Source of the DNA: an uncultured virus (IMG/VR IMGVR_UViG_3300028048_000125) | Taxonomy: Duplodnaviria > Heunggongvirae > Uroviricota > Caudoviricetes | DNA length: 20,000 nucleotides | IMG/VR virus record: IMGVR_UViG_3300028048_000125 | Strand: one strand, 5' to 3' | In this document: piece by piece, positions 17,102 through 20,000 of the stretch | How the letters are laid out: each line of letters opens with the position of its first letter | Numbering within the stretch: position 1 is the first letter of the stretch | Translations under genes and position numbers: made by a program | Notes under the pieces: generated by a model | What the model was told of the DNA's origin: nothing | The model's database searches: none | Seen by the model: only the letters and a program-made list of their open reading frames with translations

Positions 17102-18025
17102 TCAAAAGCCTAAATCTGGTTGTACATCCCAGCCATCGACTTCCGGAGCGGCCTCGTGGTGACTCATATCCGAGCTGGACGTGTCACTATGCGTTGCCCC
17201 TGACTGCGATTCCTCGCAGCCTTCGGTTCGGGTTAGCTTGTCAGCCTTTCCCGCTTCATTCCGCTCTTTTAATTCGGCTCTTTCTTTGCATAATTCAAAT
17301 ATAGCAGTAGCAGTGACCTGTTCAGTTTTTTGCATCTGTTTGCTCATCTTATGCAGCACCATATGGCAGTTCGCGCAAATTATAGCGAGATTAGAGATAT
17401 CATTGTTTGTGCGATCCATATCCTTATGGTGCACTACCAGCGCATCCTGATCGTCTGCAAAGCCACAAATCTCACAGACATCATGTCCCGTCATCACCTT
17501 TGCGCGATATCGAGATCGAGCTGCTTCTCGCATCTTCTCTGCATTAGCTGCGTAATATGCTCTACGCCGTGCATTTGTCTGGACTCGCGCTTCATCAGAA
17601 ATAGTTGTTTCCGTGTTTTGACCACCACCGGAACCCACACCTATTCTAACGGTTGGATCTCTCAATGCACGTTCGGCCATAACAGACTTCGAGCGATGCT
17701 TATGCCAGCAGTCATCGCATCTAAGCTTTGTCGTGCGTCCGTGAAATTCAAATTGCTTGCCGCAGTCTACACAAGTTAATATTTTAGTGGGAACTGTATG
17801 CGCTAATTGACATGCCGCACAACAATACTGTTTGGTCGGCTTACCGGCTTTAAGCTTGTATGTAATCTCTTTCCCGCAACCCTTACATACACCTTTATGT
17901 AACTCAAGTTTACTTAAGCGATACGCTTCTTTGCATCGACCAGAACAATACTTGTGTCGCTTGTTTGTGCGCTCAAATTCCTTGCCACAATACAGGCACT
18001 TTGCTATTTTGCTATACTCTTCCAT
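17102..18025 (-). CDS. HNH homing endonuclease with N-terminal zinc-ribbon repeats
   Basis: Three CxxC...CxxxC-type repeats, then CEICG...LVVHHKDMDRTNNDISNLAIICANCHMVLH; SD AGGAG (18031-18035) favours ATG 18025; last ~60 codons read through the ribozyme core. Confidence 0.92.
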   Translation of the reverse strand: MEEYSKIAKCLYCGKEFERTNKRHKYCSGRCKEAYRLSKLELHKGVCKGCGKEITYKLKAGKPTKQYCCAACQLAHTVPTKILTCVDCGKQFEFHGRTTKLRCDDCWHKHRSKSVMAERALRDPTVRIGVGSGGGQNTETTISDEARVQTNARRRAYYAANAEKMREAARSRYRAKVMTGHDVCEICGFADDQDALVVHHKDMDRTNNDISNLAIICANCHMVLHKMSKQMQKTEQVTATAIFELCKERAELKERNEAGKADKLTRTEGCEESQSGATHSDTSSSDMSHHEAAPEVDGWDVQPDLGF

Positions 18026-18037
18026 AAACACTCCTAA

Positions 18038-18088
18038 TAATGGTGGACATCTACCATTACTGTAGCGTCAAAGAACAAAACTATGCAA
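18038..18088 (-). promoter_or_regulatory. Candidate internal promoter and hairpin for the HNH gene
   Basis: TTGCAT-18 nt-TACAGT (18088-18059), and an inverted repeat TAATGGT...ACCATTA (18038-18059) immediately before the SD. Confidence 0.4.
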
Positions 18089-18097
18089 TACCATTTT

Positions 18098-18109
18098 ACC
18101 GAAATTTGC
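18098..18109 (-). CDS. polA: Family A DNA polymerase, 12-nt micro-exon 2 (Ala-Asn-Phe-Gly)
   Basis: GCA AAT TTC GGT supplies the missing NFG of motif B; preceded by G, ends in U; pairs with both introns' guides. Confidence 0.88.
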
Positions 18110-18381
18110 CTTTACATTTAATACTGTTCGCTACGCAGTATCCAGGATATACCTGCACATACTTTCATATGTGAATCGACTATGTAATCTACTCATTCCT
18201 GAGTAGGAGTGCTTCCACACGCTTGTGTGTACGTCTTACGACTAGTCTGTGAACCTTCCTGTAGCGGGCGGTCTGTCCATCTACAAGCTCGGCTGCAAGT
18301 AGCCATGGCTTTCACTTTAGGTTTCCTTGCAATTCACTGTTCTTTGCTCATACAGTCACCCGTATGAGGGCCAACAAATTT
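18110..18381 (-). ncRNA. Group I intron 1 of the polymerase (272 nt, no ORF)
   Basis: P1 GGCU/GGCC with U.G; P10 AAAUUUGU with exon GCAAAUUU (8 bp); GTTCACAGACTA and TTACATAGTC form P7 (18243-18247 / 18178-18182); P9 with GAAA loop (18156-18173); terminal G at 18110. Confidence 0.9.
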
Positions 18382-20000
18382 AGCCTTGGCGTCTTGGCGC
18401 TGTTTCTTTGTAACATGCTCTTCCAAAAACGCATTTGTTTTGGCGACCCACTCTGGATCGTCCTTATTGGACAGATCAGGTGTTATCAGCTTATTCATTA
18501 CACCAGCGAACCAACGATGAGGATCTATACCTGCATTAATAACATCAGCCATCACAGAATGACCAAATCTATCAATGCAAGATTGTGCAAAACCGCACAA
18601 TTCCACGTAACTGAAGTCCGTGGCACACAGAATTGCTCCCTTGGGAGGCGCAAACATATTCTTAATTGTCCACACCGGATCCCTCGAAGGAATTATCTGT
18701 ATTACCGGTTTATTGGCACTCGTTCTCCCGGTTCTTAATAATGAGGTATATCTGGGATGAACTTTACCATCAGCCTTCACATCTTCATGATTGAAGAAGG
18801 TGCTTTTGAATTTCTCCATGTGTCGGTACTTAGTATAGACATCCAGGAACGGATCCTTAATGCCCATATCATCTAACCGCCACTTGTCATTCAAAGTAAG
18901 CTTGTAGTCACCACCATCGGTCGTTGGCAGCTCTAGTCCAGGATTGTTATCCAGCAGATTCTTGTAATGTTGTTGCAAGAACGTTTTTGGTCCCACCTGC
19001 TTCTCGCTGCTTGTCCAATGCGGATTATCGTCTATAATGTCGCCTGCATACTCGATTGCATGTCCGAGATCATAGCCTTTTTCCTTCTTCGTCCCCTGCT
19101 GTTTGATCAGATCCTCCATGACATGCCCAAACAGCGCATTCATGACAATATCCTTACCAGCATCGAAGAAGGCATCCAGCCGATACTCTTCCATCATTGC
19201 ATCGAATACGGGCTTCTCTGCTTTGCGTATGTTCTTTGGCTTTTCTTGAGTCAGCCAATAACCCACGCTTTGTTCGAAGTCCTCAGTCTCATCAGCCACT
19301 CCTGCAAAGTTATACATGTACAGTAGCGCCATACGCATATTACCTTTGCACAGATTCAATGGCTTTTCCAGCTCCACTCCAGTCAGCTCCAGAAACTGCG
19401 TGGTCTGTTCTTCAACAAACCTCTTGTAGTCACCGTTCTCGTCCTGGTTCTTTTTATATGGATCCGGGAATCCGAATGTCAGCAGCTGGTTGCGATATTC
19501 ATCTTTAGCGGCCTGCAATTTATCCTCGAATGCCTTGTAGACTTCAGGATCCACATCAAAGCCGTTATAGGTGATATGCGCAAGCACTACCATGCCCTTT
19601 GAGTGCGCGACTTCAGTTGGCTGCTCTGGTACAGCTTCTGAGAGCGCCCAGGTGCTAACACAGTCCCACATCAGATAGATAGCCTGCTCCTGTGTGATAG
19701 GAGTGCCACGTCTAAATGTCAATCTGTGGGATTCTGGGTCATCCTTTTCGCCTTTATCAAGCTGAATACCAAGAATAAGTCTTGAACAATCTTCGAGACT
19801 ATAGTGATTGTATGGTATGAATCCTTTTGTGGCAATGTCATGCAGCTGTACGCGTATCTGCATATCCCTGACTCGGCCATATTCGATGGCGTCCATCAGT
19901 GCCTTCTCAGGATCCACATCGTTCAACACGTGCTCATCAAAACCCAAATTGAAATAAACCTGCCGAATCTCTTGTTTACTCAACTGGTTGATGAACACAG
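18382..20000 (-). CDS. polA: Family A DNA polymerase, exon 1 (5' partial)
   Basis: ExoIII-like YLMWD, VHPRY...RTGRTSA, motif A ATDFSYVEL, DPHRWFA, start of motif B RQDAKA. Confidence 0.93.

Larger units (their letters stand above)
17025..18097 (-). mobile_element. Group I intron 2 of the polymerase, HNH endonuclease in the L1 loop
   Basis: Exon end UUCGGU pairs with IGS GCCGAA (17273-17278) with U.G at the splice site; P3 GAGCGG/CCGCTC (17261-17266 / 17146-17151); P7 GCATA/TATGC (17188-17192 / 17092-17096, AAGATATGCTG); terminal G at 17025. Confidence 0.88.

Noticed and set aside
18334..18381. Polymerase C-terminus KFVGPHTGDCMSKEQ as in the ORF track
   Set aside because: Read-through into intron 1; the 5' splice site is after GCT at 18382.
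17025..18381. Single intron, intein or simple HNH insertion/pseudogene model for the polymerase break
   Set aside because: Two complete P7 cores are present, in-frame stops exclude an intein, and only the two-intron model restores motif B.
80..19508. Many long plus-strand ORFs (e.g. 1062-1757, 5141-5941, 14894-16075) and off-frame minus ORFs
   Set aside because: They shadow motif-bearing minus-strand genes and have no protein-like motifs; only 8825-9352 occupies otherwise free sequence.
1..20000. Stop-codon recoding (alternative genetic code)
   Set aside because: Genes are full length under the standard code; the breaks in pol and RT are explained by introns.

Overview
Almost entirely minus-strand, tightly packed gene cluster that looks like the DNA-replication region of a large bacteriophage (inferred from gene content; no structural genes are in the window). 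In transcription order: (1) a family-A DNA polymerase split by two tandem group I introns that flank a 12-nt micro-exon (motif B reconstructs as RQDAKA|ANFG|LPGGM), with an HNH homing endonuclease in the second intron; (2) a probable SSB, a RecA-like protein, five hypotheticals and a catalytically degenerate DEDD exonuclease; (3) a retron-like reverse transcriptase preceded by a hairpin-rich leader that is overlapped by the only credible plus-strand ORF, and interrupted near its 3' end by a group I intron carrying an intact TnpB plus omegaRNA (IStron-like, no TnpA); (4) an NAD-dependent DNA ligase; (5) a ubiquitin-like conjugation operon (E2-like, JAB protease, ThiF/E1, Ubl, multi-Ubl). Splice sites were derived by hand from P1/P7/P9.0/P10 pairings and reading-frame restoration; family calls are from motif recognition, not database searches.
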